From: Selaginella moellendorffii
Taxonomy: Eukaryota; Plantae; Lycopodiophyta
Assembly (NCBI RefSeq): GCF_000143415.4
Contig: NW_003314384.1
Span: 124,001-188,000 of the forward strand
Direction: 5' to 3'
Length of the DNA: 64,000 nucleotides
Under the pieces are notes generated by a model. It searched no databases, was not told the DNA's origin, and saw only the letters and a list, made by a program, of their open reading frames with translations. Shown in pieces: positions 49,624 to 61,781 of this stretch; positions within the stretch are counted from its first letter, which is position 1, and each line of letters starts with the position of its first letter. Position numbers and translations under genes: made by a program.

Positions 49624-50842
49624 ATGGCTGCTTCGGTCTTGTTTCTCTCCACGACGCTGCTTCTGCTGTTAGCAAACTCCTTCCACATCCTTGAGGGCCG
49701 ACTGATCAAGCCACCAGCGAAGCCGCGATTCAAGTCCAACGGCCCCTATAACGTCGCTCACCGCGGAGCCAATGGTGAGTTCCCCGAGTCCTCGATCGCC
49801 GCTTTCAAGCGGGCCATCGAAAACGGGGCCGATTTCATCGAGACCGACATTGGATCGACCAGGGATGGAGTGCTGATCTGCATGCACGACACCACCTTGG
49901 ACGCTGTCACGGATGTCGCCCAGCATCCGGAGTTTGCACACAAGAAAGCTATGTACGTGGACGAGGGTGTTAATGTTACTGGGTTCTTCGCGGTGGATTT
50001 TACTCTTCAGGAGATCAAGACGTTGCGGCTTCGTCAGCGGTATGATTTCAGAGATCAATCGTACAATGGTAACTTTGCAATGTTTCTATGATCCAAATTT
50101 CATGACCAATCTTTTGTTAAAGGTCTGTTTGAAATTCCAACTTTCGAGGAGTATATCGCTGTAGCTCTGGAAGCTGATCGTGTCGTTGGAATAGATCCCG
50201 AGATTAAGAGCCCGGTTTTCATCAACAAGCACGTAAGCTTTCCTTCCTAGATTGTTTAAACTATAGAATTAGAAATCACTGACTGATCGATCAAACAATA
50301 AGGTGAAATGGCCGGGTGGAGACCTATTCGAGGACAGGTTTGTGAAAACTCTACTCAAGTATGGCTACAACGATCCATACAACTCGCAGAAATGGTTGAA
50401 GCAGCCAGTGTTCATCCAAACCTTTGCGCCAACCTCGATTCTCCACATTGCCAACAAAACCAAATCGCCAAAGATTTTCGCTCTTGGACCTGCGGACGCT
50501 CTCGCCCAAGACACAAAGCTGCTATACTCCCACTACTACACCGACGAGTTTCTGGATTTCATCGCCAACTACGTGACCGCTCTCTCCACCAAGAAGTTTT
50601 TGATCGTGCCAATGGATTCGAGCCACAAGAACTTACCCGCGACCGATTTTGTGGAGAGAGCTCACGTAAGGGATTTGCTCGTCCAGACTGCCACTTTCAG
50701 CAACGAGGCACAGTTCATGGCCAGGGATTTCGCGGCGGACCCCGAGCAAGAATTCGATTACTTCATAAGAAAAGTCCATGCTGATATCATACTCACTGAT
50801 CACCCGGCAACTCTATCGCACTACTTGAAACAAAAGTATTAA
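49624..50842 (+). CDS. GDPD: Glycerophosphodiester phosphodiesterase with signal peptide, 3 exons
   Basis: NVAHRGANGEFPES, GADFIETDI, ICMHDTTLD, IPTFEEYI, PEIKSP, FIQTFAP and ILTDHP. Confidence 0.95.
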
Positions 50843-50919
50843 AAGAGTTTCTTTGAAAATCCTGGAAAAAAAAGAAACATCTATACATCCCGGCACTGGC
50901 TCACTGCTCAAAAGATTTT

Positions 50920-52263
50920 TTAGAGCTCGAAATCGTCGTCCTTGAGCGCCTCTTGAAGGGCTTCTTCCTCGTCTTCCTCCTCCTCGAGAGAGATGTAAGG
51001 ATTGCGCTCCGCGGGTCTAAACTTGTACCCCGTGAAGATGTAGAAGGCGAGCGTGGCAGCCTCTCTCGCGCACGCTGCCATCCATCGGTACTTGAAATCA
51101 CTCGCAGCCGTGAGCGCAAACACCACGATCCGAGTGAAGTAGATGTAGCTCACGACGATGATGTAGAACTGCCTGAAGAGCGTGAGCTTGACGAGCGTCC
51201 TGGCGGCTTTGCCGTCGCTCCTCGACGCCTGCCGGAGGTGCTTGATCGACCAGACAATCGGGAAGAGCACGGCGCAGCAGCACACGATGTCCACCAGCAG
51301 GAGGAGCTGCTTCCAGGTGATCCAGTCCCTGGTCGACGGCCCCGTCTCGTCGATCACGATGGCGGCGATGTTGGCCAGCACCTGGAGCGGTATGACGATC
51401 ATCAGCACCTTCTTCTCGTTCTCCTGGAGGAAAGGCTTGAGGATCGACCACCCCGTCCCGATGAGGATGATTACCGTGAACACCATCACCCCCCGCAGGA
51501 AGCTAAAGAGGTAGAAGACCACGTCCCAGCCGTGCGGGGTTCCAGTCTTCTTGGTAAACTCTAGATCCACTGCCTGGGCGAGGAGATTCACGGCCTTGAG
51601 CACCACCAGGACGAGCATGAGGACGTGAACCTTGTGGACGTTGGGCTTTTGCTTGTAGCAGACATATCCCCAGAGCCCGACTACCACCATGTATCCCAGC
51701 GCGAAGATCGAGTAGAGAGCCGGGAGCTCGGTCTGTCCAAACGGCAGGAAGTTCTTCCTCCCATTCGCGTCGACGTTGTACATGGAAGTTCTCACCTTCA
51801 TGGAGACCCGGATATGGGGCTGGCAATTCGCGAAGAACAGTCCATACTCGTTGGTGTCGGCCACGTCGAAGACGTTGGTGTAGTTGCTCTTGACTTGGTT
51901 GAGCAAGAACAAGACCCTCACTTGGTTCTGGCTGTTCTTGAGGACGCAGAAATCGCTGGCGTGACGCTCCGCATCGAGGAGCACCTGGACAAGATCCGCT
52001 TCCGTGGTGAGGAAGAAGCCCATCTGTGCCAGATCCGGCGGCGAAGTCTCCTTGCTGGATGTGGAATGCAGCAACAGATCCGACGCCGAAATCTCTACCC
52101 TACCTCGGCCGCCGAAGCCAAACCTCTCGAACACGATCAGTGGCCGCGAGTCTGCCTTGATCCACACATTGCGGATCTCCGCCCTGCATCCCACGGCGAG
52201 CAGCAGCAGCAGCAGCAGCAGCGGGATGCTAAGACCTGCTCCGGGGAAACGCATTCTCGCCAT
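50920..52263 (-). CDS. GPR107/lung seven-transmembrane receptor family protein
   Basis: Signal peptide, FERFGF, YGLFFANC, seven hydrophobic segments, IGTGWSILKPFL, DIVCCCAVLFPIVWSIKHL, KLTLFRQFY and GYKFRP. Confidence 0.95.
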   Translation of the reverse strand: MARMRFPGAGLSIPLLLLLLLLAVGCRAEIRNVWIKADSRPLIVFERFGFGGRGRVEISASDLLLHSTSSKETSPPDLAQMGFFLTTEADLVQVLLDAERHASDFCVLKNSQNQVRVLFLLNQVKSNYTNVFDVADTNEYGLFFANCQPHIRVSMKVRTSMYNVDANGRKNFLPFGQTELPALYSIFALGYMVVVGLWGYVCYKQKPNVHKVHVLMLVLVVLKAVNLLAQAVDLEFTKKTGTPHGWDVVFYLFSFLRGVMVFTVIILIGTGWSILKPFLQENEKKVLMIVIPLQVLANIAAIVIDETGPSTRDWITWKQLLLLVDIVCCCAVLFPIVWSIKHLRQASRSDGKAARTLVKLTLFRQFYIIVVSYIYFTRIVVFALTAASDFKYRWMAACAREAATLAFYIFTGYKFRPAERNPYISLEEEEDEEEALQEALKDDDFEL

Positions 52264-52403
52264 TCCCGCGCCTGGTCGTCGATCGAACAGAGCGCCCAGG
52301 AACCCTAGCTCCTGTTTCTCAAGAACCCTAAAAACAGGGCATCAAATAGAAAAAGTGATTGAGAATGGAAAGATAAGAATCATCTCGTTTTGCTACCAAA
52401 GTT

Positions 52404-54590
52404 TTAACTCAGAGCTTTGATCGAAGAACTCAAGCCTCTTCTTTTCAAGAGCTGGCGAAGCATCTCCAAGAACTCCAAAACCTCTCTCCTTGTCACTTTT
52501 TCCGTTGAGAAATAGTGAACTGTGGCCTCTACCACCTCTCCAAACTTATCCCTGGAATCACCATCCCACGCCTTGGATTTCTCCACTAGACTTTCAGCCA
52601 GTTCCTTATCTAGACAATGAACTCTCGTTTTGAAATTTCTTAACACAAGCCTCACAAGTTTTTCGTCGCCCAGCCAAAACGCCCCATATTTTGACAGCAT
52701 TTCCGAGAAGAGCTGCGTCACCTTTTCATCCTCTTTCAATTCAAACAACCCGGCTGCTCTTTTCGTGATTTCGACTATCTCTATGCTGGCCTTATTTCTC
52801 AAATCTTCATGGAACTTGTCATCCCTTGTCAAGAGCAGAACACACAGACCATCCGCATATTCTAAGGGTCGTGTTTCATGCCATAGCTCTTTCAGGGTGA
52901 CATCTTTGAAGATCTCCTTGTTCGCAAAGATCAGTGCAGCATCGTGACACCCTTGGCACTCGAGCTCCACACCAAATCTCGCTAGCTTTTTCAAGTAATC
53001 TCTCCTCTTCATAACTTTAGAGCTCTTCTCTCAAAACTCTTGGAGGTGAGGACGAGTTTTCTCGACTCCCCACTCCTTCACCACCATAGCCAAACACTCC
53101 GGCCTTGTATTCTGTGGCGTGGCAGCCTTCAAAGCATGCCATGTCTCCTCTTCAAGCCCCCACTCAACGTAACAACGCAGCAAGCTGATCACTGTCCTGT
53201 TGCTCATCAGCTTCTTTGCAAACACCACAGCCTCGTTTTGGAAGCCATTGGCTCGTAGATGGTCTGCAAAGCGGAAAATCATTTTATCCCATTCATAGTT
53301 ATTTGCGACCATCGCTTCCAACAAAAGCTCAATCAAGTTTTTGTAGCATTCATATTTCTGTATCATGGCAACCATTGTTTCCAGGGCTTCCGTTCTCCTT
53401 TTGCCATAAACAACACCCCACACTTCGCCATGATCAGGAAGGCTTCTTCGCGAAAGTCATAAGCTCCAGCAGAGGATGATCCTTATAAGAAGATTTCTCA
53501 CGGGGAAGCTTTTCTACGATGAAGTGCATTAAGTCCTTCCTCGTTTGCTTTCGGCTCCGATTTGAGCTTTTCCTCGACGCTACAACATCTATCTTGCACA
53601 GCATGTCTACTCTCTGATCCTTTGGCCACACCATCAAAGAAGCGGTATAGTAGGTGGTGACGCACCAGCCTCCATCATAGTATGTTTCATCTGGCTTATC
53701 GCATAATCTTCTGCACGTCTTATAACGCTCTCCAACTCAACTATCAAGTCGAAATCTTCGATTTCTTGATCGCCAATGATCAGTCTATCTAGGACGGACA
53801 AAGGGTCAGTAACTCGCCCGAGCCTGCAGAGATGGACCAAAAAGTCCGTGCAACTCAACACAAGTGCTGCCACAACTCGATCGTGTCCCTTGAGTCCGGC
53901 GAAACTTAGGCTTGTACCCCAGTATTTGTGTCCCAGTGGGATCAAAAGATATGGCTCCTTCTTTTCAATGGCTGTTCATTCTTTGAGAAGCTTTTGGACA
54001 GTCCCAATGGCAGACACATAGTGCGGAAGCTTCAAATAATCCATCTGAAAAACCTTTTGGTTGCTCGACCTCACCAGATTAAACAGGAGACTGCCCACTC
54101 GTCATCTCCGCCAACCTGTAGAAGAACGCGGTCTGGAAATAGCCCGTGCTCGAGCTAGAAGCACCTGAGAGAAATCGAAAGCTAGCATCTTCTTTCCACG
54201 GCGAACTTCCAGCTTGCCACCTTCATAGCCCTCTTCCGTGGGGAGCTGCAAGATCATCGTCCCAAACATGCCATCCGCCTTTTCAGTATCCCTGTGAAAC
54301 TGCAAGTGGCCACCTTTCTCATGCAGCAGCAGCTTGTACAGTCTCACATCCGGCATCAAGTAATTGGTGTTGATTCCCAGGTTGGGCACCACTTTTTGAG
54401 AAAAAGTCTGGGATTTTGTGGGCAGCTCACCTTCATGCATGGTGTTTCCATGGGGTGCTTGCTGCGACATTGGCCTGGAGCTTGAGGAAACCATCCCTGG
54501 AGAGAGGGAGGGCGAGATCTCTATGGCGTCGATCTTGCCTCCAGTGGCAAACTTTGCTCGGGGCAAACTTTGAGAAGCTCTCATTTCCAT
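52404..54590 (-). pseudogene. Long 2OG-Fe(II) oxygenase-domain gene, fragmented
   Basis: LYKLLLHEKGGHLQFHRDTEKADGMFGTMILQLP...YEGGKL.V (HxD motif) and LGHKYWGTSLSFAGLKGHDR, followed by helical segments spread over at least four broken ORFs. Confidence 0.7.
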
Positions 54591-54733
54591 TTTCTGACCT
54601 CAGTCCTCTCCCTTTTCTTTTAATTCTTCCATTCCATGGATCGAGAAGAGCCTGTGTTTGCCTTGATATATACAAATGCCTTGCTCGCTCCGAGGCACAG
54701 CGAGGCTGAGTTAAAAGAGATCTATAGAACTTT

Positions 54734-56310
54734 TTAGTGCAAGCTTCCGGGAGCTCCTGACAAAAAACACTGGCCAAAGCACTGGAAGAGCCGGCTGTGC
54801 TTGGTGGACAGGCTCCCATTTCCAGCCACCGAGGAGGATGATCCAGCAGCGGACATGGGCGTCTCCATCCTGGAAGTGGAATTGGAGCCTCCGGGGCTGG
54901 GGCTGGGACTGGGCGACAGATCCTTCCCTCCAAAGTTCTTGGAGACGATGATCTGCTTGGGAGGAGCCCTTTGTGGACCTGGTAGCGAGAAGAGGAATGC
55001 CGTCAGCATCCTCACCACCTGAGCAAAATTAGGCCTCACACTCGGATCTTCAGCCCAGCACGACTGTAGGATGAACACTAGCTCCTCGGGTACCTTCTCG
55101 GACTCGGGATGGCTCGGCCTGACGTTCTAGGAAACCGCAAAAAAGCATTTTTTATGAGACGTTGACAAGCGAGCAGACTCTAGAAAAGAGAGAAAGGAAA
55201 GTGAAGAGAAAAGTATTGTAAGTACCTTGAAAGCCGCCGCATACGCGGCTTGAAGATTGGACATGCCTTCGAAAGGCATCCGGTTGGTCAGCAGCTCCCA
55301 CAACACGATTGCAAAGCTGTAGACGTCCACCTTTTGATTATAATGCTTCTTTTCGCCGTTTCTTAGCGTCACCGTGCTGTAGAGCTGCGAGGGAGTAAAA
55401 GAGAAGGTTTTGTTTTAGTACAAAATGGAAGATTATGGATAAGAGCATATCTGACCTCTGGAGCCATCCAGCGATACGTCCCTGTCTCTGCAGTCATCAT
55501 TTCTGTGACACTTTCTTCCCGGGCCAGTCCAAAGTCCGCAAGTTTTACGGACTTTTGATCCGCCGTAAGGAGCAAGTTATCTGGGAGTGGAGGAGAAGGG
55601 TCAGTCATTCTTCGAGCCAGCACGCAGTGACAGAAACTTTACCCGGTTTTAAATCCCTGTGAATGATTCCATTCGCATGTAGACAGTCCATTACTTGGGC
55701 GATCTCCAGTGCAAACGTGATAGCTTGTTCCAGCTCCATCCGGTGTGGTCGCAAATTCACGAGATACTTCCGAAGAGAATTCCCACTGAGTAGCTCGGTT
55801 ACCAAAACCATGGGCTCCTCACAGGCACCGATAAACTGTGAAAGATGGGAATCAAAACACAAGCTTCCAAAACCGGAGTTAATACCTTGACAAGATTTTT
55901 GTGCTGTACTTTCGAAAGCATGGACACTTCTCTCACGAATCTCGACCTCGCTTTAGCAACGTCCTCTGGCGTATCACCCACCTGGATGATTTTCACTGCA
56001 ACACTGAGATCTCGGTACCTGGAGAAGGGAGAAGAAAATTTCACAAATTGGTGTGTGTCACAACTCCTCCAAAAATTTCTACTCACTTTCCTTCGTACAC
56101 CTTCCCGTGAGCACCCTCTCCGAGCTTGGAGCCAACCAGCAGCATCCTGGGATCGATGATCCATCTCTCATCCACATCTAGCTTGCAGGGAGCTCCTCCA
56201 TCAAGCCTGTCCACTGAGATAGAGAGGTAGCTCTCGTCAATCTCTGGAAGCACACGGGATCCCTTTGCCAGCTCCTTCCGCGAGAAATACCTGTCATCCT
56301 CCGAAGCCAT
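54734..56310 (-). CDS. Raf-like (group C, ATN1-like) Ser/Thr/Tyr protein kinase, multi-exon
   Basis: [46 protein letters not shown] and [17 protein letters not shown]. Confidence 0.95.
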
Positions 56311-57178
56311 CACGCAGCGCGCGGGCACCTGTGCAAGTGCTCACTCTCGCTCCAAGTCCATAATCTACCACTGCTCGCTCGCTCGCCTCCTAGAGCCGCA
56401 TTCTCCCGGCGATTGAAGGCGGCCGGCCCTTCCAAGTAAAGCCGCGCATGAATCTAAACATCCCGAGCTAGCTGCGCTAATCCTCCTCCCACTCGACGCC
56501 TTGCACCCGCTGCTGCGTGGCTCCTCCTCGCCAAGAACCCTAGCTCTCAGCATCGCCAGATACTTGGGTAACGAAACGTGGCTGCATCGCGGCCGTCCAC
56601 GTGGACAGATGAGACCAAGTCCACTTTGGCAGGAGTGTGTAATTCGAATGATTTGATGTTTTTGGTGCACGTTGGTGATTCGAACTTGGCGCTCGAAAAG
56701 AAGAGAAAGAAGGCGAGAGAAAATTAGAACCATGTAAAAGAACGCAGCAAATAAGATCCCAATGGACCCACTGGGCATATAATTTTTTCTTTGCAAGGTA
56801 CCATACCATACGAAATATATTCTAATCGCCCATCCTTCCATGGTTTATGTGTGCCCTAATTCCGGGATTGTTTTTTGTGATGTTCTAGAAAAAGGAGCCA
56901 TTGAATTGTTGTTGGCGGGCCAATTTGTGGGTGACATTGGCCTTGTTCGCACGTCCAAAATGCGTATGATACGTTTGAAACAGAGAAAGGGCTTCCTTTT
57001 AGAAAACGAGGGTGTCTGCCATAGAGAAGCAAATAGATGCTTTAAACATTGTCAATGCTTTAATCGGTCAATTCATAAGCCCTAGAATGCCACATGCAAC
57101 GTTAACATTAAAGGAGGCATCATTTTAGAATATTCTCCGTTCCCTAAGCTTTGGGTTTTGGGTTTTTCGGTGCCCTAG

Positions 57179-58882
57179 ATGGGGTACTTGCTGAGGGCGC
57201 TGTCCAGAGCGGGCGGCGCGACGAGGTAAGCGTCTCCTCCACCGTGATTTTGGGATCGACCCATTACATTTCTTCCACAGATCTCAGTGCCGCAGCTTCT
57301 TGGTCTCGTCGCATCACAATGAGTCCAAGATCATGGTGCTTCTCCTCCCGGCCAGCGCCAGGGGCATCTCCTCCAGCGCCGCCACCGCTCTCGCCAGCTC
57401 CAAGTCGGGTACATTCTCCGAGGGGAAGTTCTCCGCCGAGGCCGCGTCCTCGGAGGAGGAGGAGGATTTGGATCCGGATTCCACCCGGCTCCACAGGACC
57501 GAGGTCGTGCCTTACAACTTGCTGTGCAACACGCTCATCGCGAATCCTTACCGGTCGCCCAAGGCTGTGGTGGCGGAGTGGCAGGAACAGACCAAGACCA
57601 AGTTCACGAGAGAGATGCTCTTCAAGCTCTTCCGGAAGCTCTGGGGCCGCCAACGCCATGACCAAGTCTACAAGGTACGCAAAAACTTTGGCTTGAAGAA
57701 CTGCACGTAAAAATCGATTTTTTCTTCTTCTCCCAGATAATGCGCTGGGTGCTCGTTGACAAGCCCCTCCCCGTCTCGTCCAAGATCTACGAGCTCTCCA
57801 TGAAAGCGGCACAGAAAGCCAACAAGCTCCAAGTCGTGAAGAGGATCTTCGACGACATGCCAGCCGAGGCCAAGACTCCCGCGGTCTACACGCGGATCAT
57901 GTCCGCCTACTGCAACAAGAACCGAGCAAACAAAGCGGAATTCATCCTCGAGTCCTTCACTCCCACCACCGCCCAAGCTCATAACCAGCTCATGCTCATG
58001 TACATCCGGATGGAGGAGGACGAAAAGGCTGTGGACGCTTACAACCGGATGAGAAAGGCCGGGATCAAGCCCAGCGACCTCACCTTCTGGACGCTCGCAA
58101 AATACAGTCGCAGGCTGGGGATCGAGATCGACAAGAAGGAGGCCGAGACGATCCTGGACGACACTTTGAGCAGTCTCGACACGAAAAAGGATGGACTCAA
58201 CGCCGCCACCAATGCCATGCTCGCCTACGCTTACATGGGCGATTTCAGTGGCGTGAAGAAGGCCTGGGCCTTGATCGAGAGCCACGACCACATCCCAACG
58301 TACGCCTTCGCAGCCGGAGTGGAAGCTTTCGGACAGGTCGGGAAGATGGAGACGGTCTATCACTTTACGGAGCGTGTCGAGTCGTGGAAGAAGCCGGATC
58401 TCATGACTTTCTATCCATCGCTGGTCCGAGCCTACGTGACGAACGGGAGGATGGATCGAGCAGTGGGGCTTGTCAATCATCTCAAGAACAAGGAGGGCGA
58501 GCGGAAGGTCTCGTTTGGCTGCTACGACGAGCTGATTGCCGGGCACATTGCGCTCAAGGAGCGCGATCTGGCCATGGAAAAGACCAAGGAAGCGCTCCAG
58601 GTGTGCTGCCCCAGGACGAGGCCGAGCTACTTGACGCTCAAGAAGATGCTGCCGGTTTACAAGAAGGCCAAGGACGTGGAGGCGGCGGAGGCCTTGTTCG
58701 CGAGGTACAAAGGGTGGCGAGACGCGCGGGTGTTCAATCAGCTGCTCGAGGTTTACATCGCGGCAGAGAGGCCGGCGCCATTGCAGTTTGAGTTCAGGAT
58801 GATGAAATCAAAGGTGGCGGACAACGAAGAGACCACCGCGCTTTTGGCTAAGTCCCGAGAATTTGCCAAGGCGAAGGCTTGA
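57179..58882 (+). CDS. P-class PPR protein with mitochondrial-type presequence, 3 exons
   Basis: Exon 1 MGYLLRALSRAGGATR, intron 57226-57280, in-frame exon 2, second intron ~57674-57737. PPR motifs include VYTRIMSAYC and HNQLMLMY...MRKAGIKPSDLTF. Confidence 0.85.
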
Positions 58883-58985
58883 TCTTCCTACTAGCCACCT
58901 TTCTCCCCTTGCAGTGTTTCCTTTTTATAAAGAAGGTCCGTTAGGGTTCTTCGTGTCGTATCTAGAATGTAGGGCTTTTGAAGGT

Positions 58986-61781
58986 ATGCTTAGCATTCCC
59001 GACACGATCGCCTCGCTCAAAGCTTGCGGCGGCGCCAGCGACCTCCAGTCCGCCAGGAAGATCCACGCCACTGCGGCGCACCAAGGCAATGCTCTCAACG
59101 TTTTCGTGGCCAACACCATCGTTTCCACTTACGCCAGGTGTGGCGGCATTGAAGACGCCCGCCGTTTCTTCTTCCAGGGAATGCTGGCCGCCGGAGCTCT
59201 GGACAGTGTCTCGTGGAATTCGCTCATCGCGGGGTATGCGCACGCTGGGAAGGGGGAGGTCGGGCTCCAGGTATTCTCGGCAATGCAAGATCTCGGATTC
59301 GTTCCAAATCCCCGGACTCTCGTGGCCGTGCTCAAGTGCTGTGCGAACTGCGCGGACAAGGAGAAAGATCACGAGAGAGACTCTAGAAGGTCGAGCTCGA
59401 AGAAACATGGAGAATCCACCATGGTCGATTGTTTGGAGATTGCCAGAAGCGTGGAAGCTGTGGCGGTGAAGCTGGGATTTGAGTCGGATATCTACGTCGC
59501 GAACACGCTCATCGATACTTTCGTCAAGTCCGGGAGCTTGGACGATGCTCGGCGGGTGTTTGAGAGGATGAAACACCGCAGCGTCGTCTCCTGGACGAGC
59601 TTGATGATGGGATACGCACAGATTGGACGAGGAGAGGTCGCGCTGGAGCTCCTTCTTCGGATGGATTCCAGTGGGTGCAAGCCAAACGCGAGAACGTACG
59701 TCGCCACCTTGAAAGCTTGCACCAACATGGCCACCAGGGAAGAACCAAAGATGAAAAGTTTGGAGATGGGGATGGCTCTTCACTCCCGGCTGGCGAGATC
59801 TGGCTATGACGCAGAGATTTTCGTGGCGAGCACGCTGGTGGATTTCTACGCAAAGTGTGGGAGCATCCAAGACGCGGAGCGGGCGTTTTGGAGAGCGCAG
59901 TGCCGCGACCTGGTGCTGTGGAACGCGATGGTGATGGCTTGCGCGCTGTGTGGACGAGGAGACCTTGCCTTGGAGTTCTTCCGGAGCATGCAAGAGGTAG
60001 AAAAATTCACTCCAAACGCGAGAAGTTTTGTCTCCGCCTTGACGGCTTGTTGTGACTGTGCAGCCAAGGAAGCTGGTCAGCGTCTCGCTTCCTCGAGCTC
60101 GATGAAGGGTGGACGGCTTTTCAAGCTCAAGTCTCTGGAGAGAGGCATGGCTCTTCACTCGGAGCTTGCAAATGGTGGCTACGAGATGGATGTTTTCGTG
60201 GCCAACACTCTGGTCGACTTCTACGCCAAGTGTGGAAGCATGGACGACGCGCAGCGGGTCTTCAACCGGCTAGAGAAGAGGTGGAGCGTCGTGTCATGGA
60301 CAGCTCTCATCCTTGGCTACGCTCAGAATGGAGATGGCGAGATTGCGCTCGAGCTTTTCCAGTTCTTTACGAGATTGGATCAGTGCCAGCCAAATTCAAG
60401 AACCGTGGTGGCTGCTCTAAAGGCCTGTGCGGAGCTCTCGGCGAAAGAACAGGGCCAGGTGATTCAAGGCAAGGTTATCAAGCTAGAGTCCATGGAGAAG
60501 GGATTTTCTCTCCACGCCGAGGCAGAAAGGATGGGGTGTGACTCGGAGCTTTTCGTGCAGAACAGCCTTGTGGATATGTACTGCAAGTGTGGAAGCATGG
60601 AAGACGCTAGCCGGGTGTTTTGGAGGATGAGAAGGCGTGACTTGGTCTCCTGGAACGCTCTCATCCTAGGATTCGCACAGAACAGCAGCAGCGAGCGAGC
60701 ATTGGAACTCTTCGACCTCATGCAAGTGAAAGATGGCTTGAGACCTGATGGAGCAACTTTCATCGCTGCCTTGAAAGCCTGCGCAAACTTTCCAGCGAAA
60801 GATAAAGCTCTTGGCCTGGAGAGGGGCGTGGCAATCCACACTCAGATCTCAGAGCTTGGCTGCGAGTGCCAGATTTTGGTGGCAAACACGCTGGTGGACA
60901 TGTATGCCAAATGCGGGAGCTTTTCCAGCGCGAGGAGAGTTTTCGAGAAGATGGAGAACCGTGACTTGGTTTCGTGGAACGCGATGATATCGGGCTATGC
61001 TCAGGCCGGAGAGGCGGAGCTGGCGCTCGAGCTCTTTCGGCGGATGCTGGAGAACGGGTCTTTCGTTCCGGATGGAGTGACTTTCATGGCGGCTTTGAAA
61101 GCTTGCGGGATCCTGGGAGCTCTCAAGACAGGGAAAGAGATCCACGCGGAGATCCGTGGTGGTGATCCCTTGGAGGAGCACAAGCAGCAGCTCGCGTCCT
61201 GTTTGATCGATTTCTACGGAAAGTGTGGAAGCATGGTGGATGCAATGGAGGTTTTCCAAGCTATGGAGACGAGGAACTCGGTGGCGTGGAACACAGTCAT
61301 GGCAGGATTTGCAAAGCAAGGCAATACTGCTCGAGTACTGGAACTCTTCGAGAAGATGGTGGAAGAAAGAATCCGGCCCAGCGGCGTAACTTTCCTGTTG
61401 ATCCTCACGGCTTTCAGCCATGCCGGCCTCGTAGACAAGGCGAGGGAGTTCTTCGAGCTCATGAAAAAGTTTGGAATCTCGCCGGGCCTGGATCACTACA
61501 CTTGCATGGTGGATCTCTTGGGACGAGCAAACCGCCTGGATGATGCCTTGGAAACCATAGAAAGCATGCCTGTGGAGGCCGACAAGACGATTTGGCTCGC
61601 GCTCTTGGCTGCCTGCCAGAAGTGGAGGAATGTGAGAATTGGAAGGGTGGCGTTTGAGGCCGTGATGAGATTGGATGGCCGGGAGGGAGCAGCCTATGTG
61701 TTCTTGGCCAACACTTACGCAGCTTCCAGCTTTCCAGACGATGGAAGAAGAAAGAACACGCTGCTGGAGAACAGATCTTGA
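58986..61781 (+). CDS. PLS-class PPR protein (E domain) with insertion-bearing L motifs
   Basis: Regular P-L-S triplets ending HYTCMVDLLGRA...AYVFLANTY; no DYW. The frame is open upstream to 58863. Confidence 0.93.
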   Translation: MLSIPDTIASLKACGGASDLQSARKIHATAAHQGNALNVFVANTIVSTYARCGGIEDARRFFFQGMLAAGALDSVSWNSLIAGYAHAGKGEVGLQVFSAMQDLGFVPNPRTLVAVLKCCANCADKEKDHERDSRRSSSKKHGESTMVDCLEIARSVEAVAVKLGFESDIYVANTLIDTFVKSGSLDDARRVFERMKHRSVVSWTSLMMGYAQIGRGEVALELLLRMDSSGCKPNARTYVATLKACTNMATREEPKMKSLEMGMALHSRLARSGYDAEIFVASTLVDFYAKCGSIQDAERAFWRAQCRDLVLWNAMVMACALCGRGDLALEFFRSMQEVEKFTPNARSFVSALTACCDCAAKEAGQRLASSSSMKGGRLFKLKSLERGMALHSELANGGYEMDVFVANTLVDFYAKCGSMDDAQRVFNRLEKRWSVVSWTALILGYAQNGDGEIALELFQFFTRLDQCQPNSRTVVAALKACAELSAKEQGQVIQGKVIKLESMEKGFSLHAEAERMGCDSELFVQNSLVDMYCKCGSMEDASRVFWRMRRRDLVSWNALILGFAQNSSSERALELFDLMQVKDGLRPDGATFIAALKACANFPAKDKALGLERGVAIHTQISELGCECQILVANTLVDMYAKCGSFSSARRVFEKMENRDLVSWNAMISGYAQAGEAELALELFRRMLENGSFVPDGVTFMAALKACGILGALKTGKEIHAEIRGGDPLEEHKQQLASCLIDFYGKCGSMVDAMEVFQAMETRNSVAWNTVMAGFAKQGNTARVLELFEKMVEERIRPSGVTFLLILTAFSHAGLVDKAREFFELMKKFGISPGLDHYTCMVDLLGRANRLDDALETIESMPVEADKTIWLALLAACQKWRNVRIGRVAFEAVMRLDGREGAAYVFLANTYAASSFPDDGRRKNTLLENRS

